A stretch of DNA of 52,083 nt, filler included, from Catajapyx aquilonaris (taxonomy: Eukaryota), in NCBI GenBank assembly GCA_000934665.2. It is 3 parts of 3 records of this genome, joined end to end, with 100 filler letters (N's around TTAATTAATTAA, not from the genome) between each part and the next. Parts side by side here need not be neighbours in the genome. Positions count along the whole stretch, not along the records: positions 17,446 to 34,709 come from KZ539625.1; positions 34,810 to 52,083 come from JYFJ02006984.1; 1 more part is not named here. One strand, given 5' to 3'. Under the pieces are notes generated by a model. That model was not told the origin of the DNA. It made no database searches and worked only from the letters and a program-made list of their open reading frames with translations. Position numbers and translations under genes: made by a program. Positions 23,963 to 35,774 of this stretch are shown piece after piece (within the stretch, counting starts at the first letter, position 1; every line of letters starts with the position of its first letter).

Positions 23963-25190
23963 GACTTCTTGACCGGTACACTGCGGTGCATCTGCCACGT
24001 AATTTTCAGAAAGTACTCATTACGGCCCATACACATACTTTTGTGCGCAGATGATGAATTTGATGACCACACACTCTCCACAATATAATTGTTGTCGCGA
24101 GGTGGCTGTCCCATTGCGACAGGAAGGTCATAAAATTATAACCTGGGTGATGGATTTATTGGTGGAGAGAGACCACTCCCTGACCTTGACCTGATCTGTT
24201 TCCACCCAAACTAAACACTTCGCTCTTTTTTAAAAAATATCATTCATCAGTGCCATCGACTGTCGTTTGCGAGTGTCACCTTTTATGCTTCCCTGATGTC
24301 ATTTTATGGAATGGCCAGGGCACAATTTCAAGAAAGCTTTCATTTTAATCATCTTAATTAGAGTATGTTTTTCATTAATTTGTTCGTCTTAAAGAAATGT
24401 GGGTTTTTTCCATCGTAATATGGCCCAAGTAGGCTTGTGATAATTAATATTTCATGGTGTGTAATTAATTTGAGTTAAAACTTTGGAGAGTAAGTCTTAC
24501 TAAAATATAATAAGTAGGACTTTTTTCATCACCAATATTATTATAGGAAGGAAATCAGCAATTAAAACAAGAACATTATAGTAATAAATGAAACGTATGA
24601 GACGATGTGGGCCAATATCGGCCCCAGAAAAAATAATTAGGGTTTCTCTGAAATATAAGGAAATATTTATTATTACATTTTGTCTGAGATACTCTAAATG
24701 GAAATTGCAGAAATTGCCAAACATCATTTTTGTACTTTTTTGGCAGACGAAGGTGAATATTTGGATTGATATCTTTAATACTTAAAATATTTTATAATGT
24801 ATACAGTACCGTATCATTCAAATGGCAATTGATAAACTTTGTTCTTCTAATAATATACTATGATTATTTTATCGCCAGCATTAATTTTAACAGTCGATGG
24901 AAGCCATACGACAGCATTAATGATGGAGACGCTCTTGCACAGGAACAATGTATTGCACAGTCACGAACATAAAGTTGGACACGGAAGGTCCTCCCCTTAA
25001 GCAGGGTGCGCTGACAATCTCCGCCATTACGGTATTAAATAGTGCTATAAAATATACACGTCTAAAGCAGCTAACTCGGCCCAAAAATAGTCTATTAATT
25101 TCAGTCGGAAAAAGGAACTCATGCTCCGGGTTGGTACATTAACGTGAATAATCGACTATGCAAAATAACCACATGCCTTTACTAATAAAA

Positions 25191-27107
25191 TTATTGGCTG
25201 TAATGTCCTCGGATAAATTCTGCCATAAACACAATCAAGCCAAGGCACCAGCTGAAAATGAACAGGAAATACATCACCCCTCTCATTCGTTGGAAGTTAA
25301 GAGCCATTGACTGCTCGTACAATCGATCATTCTTTCTCGCGTCTCTGATACCAATCACCAGGCACGTCTCGAATAAATACAGGTCGTACTTGGCCATAAA
25401 ACCAGAGTCGATGTAGTACAACACAATTCGGTTCATTATTGGCACCAGCAAACAGTGCTTTTGCATTGCGACACCTGCGAAAATAAGAATTCCAGCTTCA
25501 TTCGACACATCAATGGGGAGTTTTCCAGCCTTGTCTGCAAATTGCGCCCCTATTGCCAACAATACGTCAGCACCGGTGATGCATGCGTAATTGGTCTCGA
25601 TTGACTTAATAACACAGGTGTTGAAATCGTTTTCGTCTATCATTCTGGCAGAAATTGGTTTAAAATATTCCAAGTCATTATTCAGAAAAACACTGGCGTA
25701 GTAAGGCTTAGCTACTTCCAAAGTCCCCCATTCCCAATGGTCACTTCTTGCATCCAGATCTTGAAATGTTTTGGGCAAATCTTCCTGCAATGGGGATGCC
25801 AGGAACCCAAAATATCTGGCTTCGTACCCACAGATTAAGACTAATGAACCAATCCACCAGAAGGAGATGAACACTCGGGGGGCATCACCTTCGGGTACAG
25901 TGTTGGGATTTTCCTCAATCAGGGTGGAAAATGTGTATCTCAAGGAATAAAGGAGGAAGGATGGTGGACCTCTGCCTTGAAATTGGTTTTTGAATGTACG
26001 GCTTATTTTTAAGACGGCGTATAACACAATACTGCCAGTTAGACACGACAAAAAAGTTAATACCCACATGTCTATTGTATATGGCAGGAGGACTGAATTC
26101 CACGAGTAACTCGGTCTGGATGTTCTGGTGGTAAACGTGATAGGGGCAATATAATTAGGAAATATTACTTCAATGACCTGACACATTTCTCCAGTAAAAA
26201 CTGTCATACCAAATTCCGCATTTTGCCGCACTATTTCACCTGTTTGACCAGTGTAATTCCCGTCAGGCAGTGGGGTGTCGGGTATTTCTCCATCTGCTAA
26301 GGTGATGCTTTCCACGCTCCAATCAAAATTTAATGCATCACTGGCCAAGAGCATGAATATGAATAATCCGAACGTCGGAAGGTGATTGTCATGCGAAAAC
26401 TTTACATCTGTCTTTGAGATGTCAAAGACTCCAGTGCCATTTATGAATGTACCATGCAGATTTTTGGAATAATCATGGAACAATTCAGGTATTTTACTGC
26501 TCCGCTTGTACTGACCCACATGCACCACTTTTGCGCTACCGTTATTGCAATAATGACAGTTCGCCATCACCTTGAGCGAGTGGGAGTCCTGGTCGAACTG
26601 GATCCCGACCTGAAAGAGCATGAGTTGGGCGATGGGATGCATCAAGACTGTGTCCAGACCTCCGTCCCTGGACCAGAAGAGGAACCTGTCCCTTCCGGTG
26701 TCCATGAGGTGAAGAGTGGCCGCGTGGACCACCAGAGGAGACAAGGTGTCCAGTGTCCCGAAGGCGAAGAGGAAGGTGGCGCAGGGGTCCAGTCTCCTGG
26801 CCTCCGGTCTGTGCAGCCAGGAGAACCAGTACTGTCCACTGGCGTCCACTGGTGTCCCGTCCCACCTCACCACCGCCACTTCCTCCGATCCATTGTTGAT
26901 CAGCCGGTTAAACGAAGAGGGGAACACCAACCAGTCGCCGCACAACACCAGGAGACACTCGGGTCTCGAACCACGGACATCTTCCACCAGGGAGGCCACC
27001 AGCTCTTCTTCTTCCGACCAGGATGAAGAAGATGTAACGTGGACTTGACCAGATGTAAGGGAAGCCACTGCACAGAGAGCAACAACTACTACACGCATCG
27101 CCTCCAT
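25191..27107 (-). CDS. Divergent ionotropic receptor (IR, variant iGluR), intronless, 638 aa
   Basis: Signal peptide; S1 lobe (DGNYTGQTGEIVRQNAEFGM); M1 (LLPYTIDMW...); pore segment; PRVFISFWWIGSLVLICGYEARYFGFLASP (M3-like); S2 lobe; terminal TM helix. Confidence 0.9.
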   Translation of the reverse strand: MEAMRVVVVALCAVASLTSGQVHVTSSSSWSEEEELVASLVEDVRGSRPECLLVLCGDWLVFPSSFNRLINNGSEEVAVVRWDGTPVDASGQYWFSWLHRPEARRLDPCATFLFAFGTLDTLSPLVVHAATLHLMDTGRDRFLFWSRDGGLDTVLMHPIAQLMLFQVGIQFDQDSHSLKVMANCHYCNNGSAKVVHVGQYKRSSKIPELFHDYSKNLHGTFINGTGVFDISKTDVKFSHDNHLPTFGLFIFMLLASDALNFDWSVESITLADGEIPDTPLPDGNYTGQTGEIVRQNAEFGMTVFTGEMCQVIEVIFPNYIAPITFTTRTSRPSYSWNSVLLPYTIDMWVLTFLSCLTGSIVLYAVLKISRTFKNQFQGRGPPSFLLYSLRYTFSTLIEENPNTVPEGDAPRVFISFWWIGSLVLICGYEARYFGFLASPLQEDLPKTFQDLDARSDHWEWGTLEVAKPYYASVFLNNDLEYFKPISARMIDENDFNTCVIKSIETNYACITGADVLLAIGAQFADKAGKLPIDVSNEAGILIFAGVAMQKHCLLVPIMNRIVLYYIDSGFMAKYDLYLFETCLVIGIRDARKNDRLYEQSMALNFQRMRGVMYFLFIFSWCLGLIVFMAEFIRGHYSQ

Positions 27108-27112
27108 GATAG

Positions 27113-27148
27113 AACTGAACTATTCCGATCGATTACCTCCTTTTTATA
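27113..27148 (-). promoter_or_regulatory. TATA box plus arthropod initiator of the IR gene
   Basis: TATAAAAA at 27148-27141 and TCAGTT with its A at 27116, 32 nt downstream. Confidence 0.65.
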
Positions 27149-29035
27149 TGGGCATCTCAACCGGATTTGGCGGTTGAATTTCTCAAAAACCCAAATAAAT
27201 CCCTGCAATGCCCTGTAATCAGATCCCAGCAACAGCAGCATCCCTCTGAGTGTTTGAGACACTTCTGCTTGAGTGATATGAAGACTTTCTTCCCAAATTA
27301 ATTGCCCCTTTTGGCGTATTTTAAAACTGGCGTAATATTATATGATGTAGCCAAGGCAGCTACAATTTTTGCAGGAGTATGTTTTCTGAGAGGAAATGGT
27401 GACAAGTGAGATATAAATAACATGCATCTGGAGTTTTTGATATCACAAAATTGCCTTCTACAGCAATAATAAAGGCGATTATTTGTCGATTCTTTTATCA
27501 ATATTTTACATTTTCTATGATTTTCGTGTCACATGTCGTATTTCCTCCATTAAAGTACTGTACCATTCTGCAGTATACAGTGGAGTCTGACTCTCAATTT
27601 GCGATGCTGACCTTGCTACGTTTGGCCTTGATAGTCTACTGTTATGTATGTCAATTTCCTGAACATTCATAGGGCGAGATACCTATAAATGTTTTAAACT
27701 TTACTGTGTAAATAATTAATTCGTTTTTAAAAATAAGAACCCTACCTCTACACTGGTGAAACTTGCCTTGATACATACAATCTTACAAATATTGGTTGCA
27801 GAATACTCACGTGATTCCCTTGTAATTATGGTGCCTTTGAAACTTGCTTTAACGACATTTAATAGATCATAGCGATTATACCAAAAATAGTTTTGAGAAA
27901 AAGTCCTCTTTGCGATACGACCATTAGCTATATAGGGAATGTTTTCCTTTCCATAGTATGGCTTGCTCGAGTGCAGATGGTTCAAAAGCTAACAAGATTA
28001 TTATGAACTTATTATACATTAAACCTTTCTTGAATCAATATGGTAGCAAATTTGCAGCTTTACAATTATTCATGTGAACCTCCAAATGAACTATAAGTTC
28101 AATTATGCCTACTGATTTCATACATTTTTAAAAAAATAGTGTCTTACTGTTTTCCCTGCTATTTCATAAGACAGAGATGGTATATGAAGTTTTGAAACCC
28201 CCCCATGTGAAAGATATTAGTGTAGAATAATGAATAAAGGACTTTCAGGTTCCAAAACTGGGTGTCATCATGTCTCTGAAGTTTGAACGTACTGTATATT
28301 TCATGGTCCCTTTTCCTCCCCTATAAAGGCCTACGTCTTTTCCGAAAAATTAATTTGAAGATTAAATTTCATTCTATAGTAGGTCATTAATAGGTTATTA
28401 TTATTAAGTCTGAATGGTAACATGATCACCAGCAAATAAAACTAAATGGATGGCGTATATATTAATAGGTGTAAGTTACCAAGTCCAAGTGTTAGTACGG
28501 GTTATCATGTAATATTGTCAACATATGTATACAGTTGATCCCGTTATCCGCTGTTTGTACATATTTCAAAATATGGATTGATAAAAATATTCAATTTTAA
28601 ATAAATATTCAATCATCAAAAAGGCCAGCAGACGAGAAGAAACCTTCAAGCCCTCTTCTAACGACCAGAGCGAGACTGACAGACTGTCCTTCGTTGAGGG
28701 TGGCTGTGAAGGACCATTGTTGGCTCTATCACAGCCACTCTCAGCCTACAAGACTTGATCATTGTTGGACCAATAATAAATATTGTTGTCTGACGGCAAT
28801 ATTATCAAAATTGCGTATATTTATACGTATGTAACACCACCGACAGTATTATTTGAGTAATCAGCACTTCAACGGTAACTGTTGTATACTTATACTACTC
28901 TATAATACGGAGGTTTATGCCCATAATCATCCGACCAGTGACGTTTAAATTGTCTGAATCACTCTAAAGCACACCTTACAATATGAGGATCTAAAAATAC
29001 TTTCATCGTCACAATGGCCATGATTTTATACTGTA

Positions 29036-29795
29036 GGGGAGAGGGCTGTACCATGGAACACTTCTTCAACATTTATTTTTATTTAGTAAAGTTGTTCACG
29101 TTTTCAACATGTGAAACTGTCCATGTATAAAGCATATTGCTGCCCACACAATGGAACTTACTCATTTTGTATGTCACTAATAACTTCACTAAAAATAATT
29201 AATATGTGATAGTGTTGCAAATGTTCCAAGGTACAACATGCTGATGTACCTTGGAACAATCGGATGTATCCTTGGAACAATTTATTTTCCAGCATGATAT
29301 TAGGCTCAACAATGCAAATATTTTATTTCATGTTGTAGTTTTCATTCTTTTCAAAGCCAATTTTGAACACTATTCTTGATGACAGCCTGACACAACACAC
29401 TAACTGATGTGTTCCAAGGTACATGCAGGGCTACTTTTAGAAATGAACTTGCCTCTCTTTCGTGCATTACATGATTGGTAGGTAATAATGATTCAGCACT
29501 GTAGACTATTGGTGTACACTTCAGAGCAGAACTTCATCTACTACAAAATAATCTGTTATATGACAGGAGCAATAATCGACAAAAGGCCTGCCAAAAAACT
29601 TACTTTTGAGTATGAAAAAACAACTCCGCCACTCACTGTCACACCCTTCTCCAAAATCGCTACCTGCTAGGGTCTGCTTCCAACTAGGGGGCATATGCAT
29701 CCTTTGATTCAGAAAGTGGCCGGTACATGTCAACACGAGCTGTGGTACATTGAGTGTTCCAAGGTACGTTGTACTCAAGGTACAGCCCTCTCCCC
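29036..29795. mobile_element. TA-flanked MITE (pogo-like)
   Basis: TA|GGGGAGAGGGCTGTACC...GGTACAGCCCTCTCCCC|TA with internal GTTCCAAGGTAC repeats. Confidence 0.8.
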
Positions 29796-30810
29796 TACTA
29801 GCTACTACAATATTACTAGGATAATGAGTGTCACATTTTGCGGGATATTGTATACTGGTATACTGCCGATTGTATACGGTTGCTTCCAACAATGAAATCA
29901 CAGCAATCACCTGACCCAAAATTCCGGAAAAGCGTGAGATATTCAGTTAGGGCTTGCCCAGGTCATGCCGCAAAGGAAGAGTGTGCATGCCGATAAGTGG
30001 GGTATTGCAAACCCATCGATCCAAGTAGGGTGTCCTGTGTGCCCATTGTCTGCACGCAAGATGGGCTCCGATTCAAGGGTAATTGCCACCCGATCATATA
30101 TCATTTATCAATTCAACTATGGAAGAGATCTCAAGTGGGCACCAGGAAGCAAAGAAGCACCCACACTGTAGGCTATATCACTCTTTCTCTCATCATGATG
30201 CTGTGCACATAAAATAATAATGTATACCCTACATTTCGATATCTTTTTCCACAAGTTTCATATACCGCGGGTACTATCATCAGTGCCGGATCTACGAAAT
30301 TTCGGAGGGGGGGGGGGGGNNNNNNNNNNNGTTTGGTTTCATTTTTCTGACATGGATCTTCTGCACTTCAGGCAGTGGCGCATGCAAAATGTTCTTTTGG
30401 GGGGGGCTGTAGGCGAGGAAGCCCGCCGCAGGCGAAAATTTTTGTGTGTTCAAGGTCACACAAGCTGAGGGTGCTAAATTTCTTTCTGCCAGAAAGAAAT
30501 ATCATCTTCACCGTTGTTTTGCATTTCTGCTGGGAAAGAGTCCCTAAGATGCACTACAGTTTTGACTACCAGTCCAAACAATATACTGTTTGCAGATATT
30601 TTCGTAATGAACGCACGTCTTGTCATTGTCCCGGACAATACACAGGAGAAGGGTTAGCATGAAAGCTTTCTGCAGGACAAGAAGGTTAATAACTATTTCA
30701 GATCTGCATATTGCACTTGAAAGGAGTTCTGCTTAGGGAAGAACGGCTTTAGTGCTATTAAGTCAAATAAAAAAAAATGAAAACCGAGTGGGGTAGAAAA
30801 ATACCCCACG

Positions 30811-32720
30811 TCATAGCCAATGTATGGCAGATTCACGTCGGTAGTTAAGTGTTAAATTGGTTATAGATTTCATCAGTTCAGCCCTGGTAAACTTCCCATC
30901 TAATAGAGGGTCCGCTTGCCTAATGCATATATCATCTAAACCTTCTAATCCCGGGGCCGCTCCCGCGTAGAAATCCCTTAGAAAATCGGCCCATTTCTTA
31001 TCCGGTAACTTTATGGGGCTCACCCGGTCTTTAACTTCCCGGGTTATCTGCCAAAATTGCTTTGGGTTCTCTGCTTTCAACATTCTGCTTAGGGTCCCAT
31101 TAAAATAAAGCTTCTTCTTGGCTTCTATTAGCTTCTTGTAGGCCTACTCCTTGTGAGTCATTACAAAGTGTCTTTCCTGGTCGCTACCCGATCTTTTCCA
31201 CCTTAACGCTAGTTTGGTTACTATTTTTTTCTTCTCCATGAGTGTTCGATCAAACCATGGTTCCCTCCCTGACGTGCGAGATTTTGTCTTAGGGGAGGAC
31301 ATTTTCACTATCTTCAATTCTTTCAAAACTTTAGTTACCATTCTTTGGAATTTTTCCGGATACATCTCCATCTCCATCGACTCCCCTAAATACACAATAT
31401 CTTTCTTTAGAATCTCTTCTACTTGGTCCCAACCCTCATTGGGGAGATTTACAAACCATTTATTTTCCCTCGGAACATTCACCATTACCTTGGGATACCA
31501 TAGTACAAGAAGAACAGGTGAATGGTCTGACCCCAAAACATGCAGCACCCTGAAAGCACTTAGATGGGAAACCAGGTCTACTGAGATCAGGCCCAGGTCC
31601 ACCGTACTCTGCCCCAGACTCATCCTTCGTCAAACCGTTTACTTCCATATAGAAAAGTTTGTCACGTATGTCCAACAGTAATCGACCTCTCTGATTTTTT
31701 ACCTTATCTGCGATTAATCTTTCCTCCTTCAAATGGGGATTATCGAATACCCTTATATGGTTATGTTCCCCAATTCTGGCATTTAAGTAACCCATCAATA
31801 TTAAGTGCTCTGCCTTAGAGGTAAGTGATTCAGTCACGGATTCTAGTTCCTGCAGAATCTCATTGTATCTTTTTTTGCGGGGGGATGTAGGACACTCCAA
31901 AGATAATCCCTTCAGGTTTAATTAAGTTCACTCTAACCAAAATCCAGTAGCCCTATCTGTATTTTTCTCAATTAAGGATACCTTAACCGACTTATCTATA
32001 AACAATAATATCCCTCCTGAAGGTCTGCCCTTACGTGCTTGTCTGACCGCAGTTTCTTGAAACAAGTGAAAGTGCGCCATATTCTCATCACATGGTAAAC
32101 TTAACCAAGTCTCTACTAATCCAATGATGTTCATTTTGCCTTGTTCCTGTATATAATATCTTTCTTGTCTCCGGGGAGAAGTCTTCCCCCATCCCGTAAT
32201 CCGTCCCTTTCAGCTTCTTGGAATTCCTCAGAATTGTTTCTTTGTCCTTATACTGCAGGAATAGCGCCAGGATGGGCAGAGGATATTTCCCCCCTTTTCT
32301 TCCCACTCGATGAGCGCGTTGGATTTCACATCGGTTTGGGTCTGGGTGGAGAGCGTATTACCTGATAAAGTCACACAAACGCTGTTCCGTCTGCTCCCGT
32401 GTTTCCATTTCAGGCTCGTGTAGTCCAAAGATGACTAGGTTCTGCATCCTACCTTGATTCTCCAACGTGTTGAGCTTATAGGACAATCTATTCACTTCAC
32501 CGACCAGTGCGTCATTTGACTGTCGTAGCAGTTGGATCTGCTGATGTTGTGCGTCTAGTGCCGCCGTAATTGCCACACTGTCCTTTTCCCATGACCTTCT
32601 TAATTCCTGGACCACTGTCGTCAGTTTTTCGTCGATCTGGCCCAAGATATCCGCTTTCAATTCAGTAATGATGCCCCTGATCTCATCAATACCCGCCATT
32701 GCTGTGGCCTTGTACTCCAC
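30811..32720 (-). mobile_element. Degraded non-LTR retrotransposon: ORF1 plus APE endonuclease (RTE-X/L2-group-like), RT absent
   Basis: ORF1 coiled coil and LENQGRMQNLVIFGL...EDFSPETR. Endonuclease motifs GLVETW, GRPSGG, MGYLNARIG, STVDL and SDHSP, then PWFD and NPKQFW. Frameshifts and deletions present. Confidence 0.88.
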
Positions 32721-32949
32721 TTAACCGGAGCTTATCTGAGACACGACCTTTCTCTCCCACGACCGCCAGCGGACTCCTCGTCACCGTGATAAACTCAACC
32801 CGAACTCTCCCTGCACGAAGAAAGGGAAATGCACAAAGAGGTTCCCCAGTCGCTTTGTTACTGAGACATGCACAGGACAGGATGGGTACCCCACATATCG
32901 GCGTCGTTCTACAGAGAATGGAGGGTTGTCAGTTTAGAATCTTTAGATA

Positions 32950-33225
32950 AAGTCCAGTGCAGGACTTCTCAATGTTGACAACAGTTTGGTAGTGCCCGTG
33001 CCCAGTTTTCCGGATGTACGAAATAGCTCTTCTCTTGACCGAGTGTACAGAGTCCATCCCAACAACTCCGAGTGCTGCATGCTTTCTTCGCATGCTGTCG
33101 CACACTACTCGAGGCCCGACATCGTTCGACAACCTCAAGCATGTCTGTGGGGAGTCCTCAGTACCTCACTTATATCAGTTGGCGTGTAAATCTCTTGGCT
33201 TGCTGGAGGATGACAGTAAATGTAT
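32950..33225 (+). mobile_element. Helitron Rep/helicase coding remnant
   Basis: Frameshifted LDRVYRVHPNNSEC / FLRMLSHTTRGPTSFDNLKHV...ACKSLGLLEDD matches the conserved Helitron GPTSF...AC..LGLLEDD region. Confidence 0.85.
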
Positions 33226-34709
33226 TTGTTGCGTGGTTTCCATAATTTGCCATGTCCTGCCGTAGTACATTTTCGTTCCGTTGGCGGAATATGTCGCTGT
33301 CATATATGTAGCCTCCTATAACAGGGTTAACAAGTGGTTCAAATTTTGGTTTCCCCCACTTCTTTCTCCCAATTTTTTCTCTTCCCCCTCCCCCCCTCCG
33401 CCGCGCCCCCACGATGCACCTCCGCCTTCACTAGGTGGTGGGGCTTGCTTTTCTCCCGCGACTCCAAAAGCTATGCCTGCGGGAGCTTCGTCTACTGGTA
33501 TAGTAAGTCGAATAGGTCTTTGGGATAGGAGACAGAGAGATACCTGTAAGTCATCTCTTCTTTTCTTCGAGTCAGAATGTTTACACCCTTCCATAATTTC
33601 CATTGCCAGCATATTATGCAAGGGAATGAGCAATTGCATTTAATAATGCTTCGAAATACCTCTATATAAATCTGAATGCTTTTTTCCCCCCGTGCGAAGA
33701 ACGGGTATTACAGCTAGTCCTATACATATAACACTCACCTTCGAAAACGTTACAAAGCTCTCCCAATAAATTGCTCGAAATTTGCTGAAGGAAGCCTGAT
33801 TTGATAATTTTATTTCGGCACTATGATTTACCATTCAAATTTTAAATTAAAAATTTAATGAATTAAATTTTCCAACATGTTTCGAAATTTGGCTCAAATT
33901 TACATAATCCGCGCGGACAAGTGAAGGGGGGGGAGGGGGTTGCACTTTGTCCGCTTTTGTCCGTACAGAGGGGTGGGGGTAGAAGCAGCCTGTTGTACGC
34001 GCGGACAAGAAACGTCTATTAATATTAAGGACTTGGCCGTTTTTTAGTCAGATCCGTCAAATATACCGTAGTAAAACTTCTAGGCCCTATAAGTCGAATC
34101 TCCATGGGACCGGGAAAAAACCTCGAGTTATAGAAGATTCGAGTTAGAGAAGTTTGGCGTTTTTTAAGCACAGAACTTTACAAGGAAGCCTATACCTTTA
34201 TATCCAGCGACGAAAGGTGCGCAAAACTTAAAAATAACTGTCACTATCACACTTACAATGTTCTTCGTTGTTTTGGTGTAAAAAGCAGTTTTTGGTGTAA
34301 TAGCAGACAAGTCTGTTATATCCGGATTCAACTGCGCTTGGACATTGGCACTGCTGGTCTTGTTGGCCGGCACAGTGGTGATGGTGTCCGCGGGGAAACC
34401 ATTGAATATTTCCCCTGCACCCCCACCATCGCCATTTACTCCTTTCCAACGCGCTCCTCTCCAGCCCCCTGATTGGAGGAATCGGGCCCCGCCCCATGCT
34501 GGAGACATCACGAGGTGGGTGGTGGGGAGAGGGGGCTTGGTGAAGCTGTCCTCATCCCACCCCCTCTTCCTCTCTCCCATGCTCTCTCCCCTTTTTTGAA
34601 AAGGAGAGGCACTAAGGTGACTAGATAGAAAAGGTGGCGTCAACTTCGCTTTTGACGCCATCTTGGGTCGAAATCGGCTGCCCGCCACTATGGACCCTTT
34701 ATGCACAAC

Positions 34710-34809
34710 NNNNNNNNNNNNNNNNNNNNNNNNNNNNNNNNNNNNNNNNNNNNTTAATTAATTAANNNNNNNNNNNNNNNNNNNNNNNNNNNNNNNNNNN
34801 NNNNNNNNN
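34710..34809. other. Artificial contig linker
   Basis: Identical 44N-TTAATTAATTAA-44N structure. Confidence 0.97.
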
Positions 34810-35774
34810 ACCAGCGTTTACTGCTGCATCGGTCGCGTATGTTTCCCTGATTTTAGCCCTTCTTATTAACATTCCAATTCTAGACTCTCATTTGATTAGC
34901 AAGTCGTTTCATTTCCACCTTAACTGATGTTCTTGGTTCGTTGGATACAGAACGAGAGCATATGCCAGGCTACAGCATTAGTCATTTTGTTGTTAAACAA
35001 TTACATGTAGCACGCACTGGCCTAGGCGAGGGCCGTGTCATTAGCAGTTACGCATGTAGCTGCTAGAAAATAGCGCTTCAGCCCCATCCCGGCGTGTGCT
35101 TCGCCGTCTGGCCGCCAGAAGGGGATTTGTTGCCACCAGGCGTCGCCACTCGCTGAGCGGAACTCTTATTATTTTACGAATCTTACCTCTCGCCCTGGAG
35201 TTACCGTTCGGGTGAGAGAAAAACGGACTGCACTGTCGGAAATCTTATTTTTGGGACGATTTTTAGAGACCAGCTTGTATTTTGAGTAATTACCATGGAG
35301 ATGCTTTCACTCAACAATGGGAGTAAACTATTATTTCAACAAAGGAACACTCGTTTATTTTCATTTATTCATTGTTATTACTTTCAATTTCAAAATTCAG
35401 TACTCTTGAACCAAACATTTCCGCACGCTAGGAATAGTGTATTTGACTCAGATCATCGAGTAGATTCAGAAAATATAATTATAGAAAACTGCAAGGCTGT
35501 TGCGGGGCTAAACTGCACCCTTGTTGTTCTTGATAAAGACACTTCCATCAATAGAAAGCGACCTTACATGTCAAAGGTCCTCATTAATAATGTAACCGAA
35601 GACAGTGAAGGTTACACGCACAACTCTCCGTCTCTACAACTGAACGTTATTAACTGCTCACATTCATCTTTGGCATTGACTTTCAAGTGACAGGTGAAGG
35701 TATCGAAAGTACGTAGGCTACGTCAACTGCAAAAATTAATTTCATTACATAAAAATTATTTTATATGAAATCTG

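Noticed and set aside
26454..27085. Several overlapping ORFs across the IR 5' region
   Set aside because: Shadow ORFs caused by high GC in a real CDS.
14730..27107. Chemoreceptor genes nested within a MAT intron
   Set aside because: An artificial linker at 17346-17445 separates them.
28620..28810. Penelope-like end that might contain a hammerhead ribozyme
   Set aside because: No CUGANGA...GAAA core with stems was found by eye on either strand.
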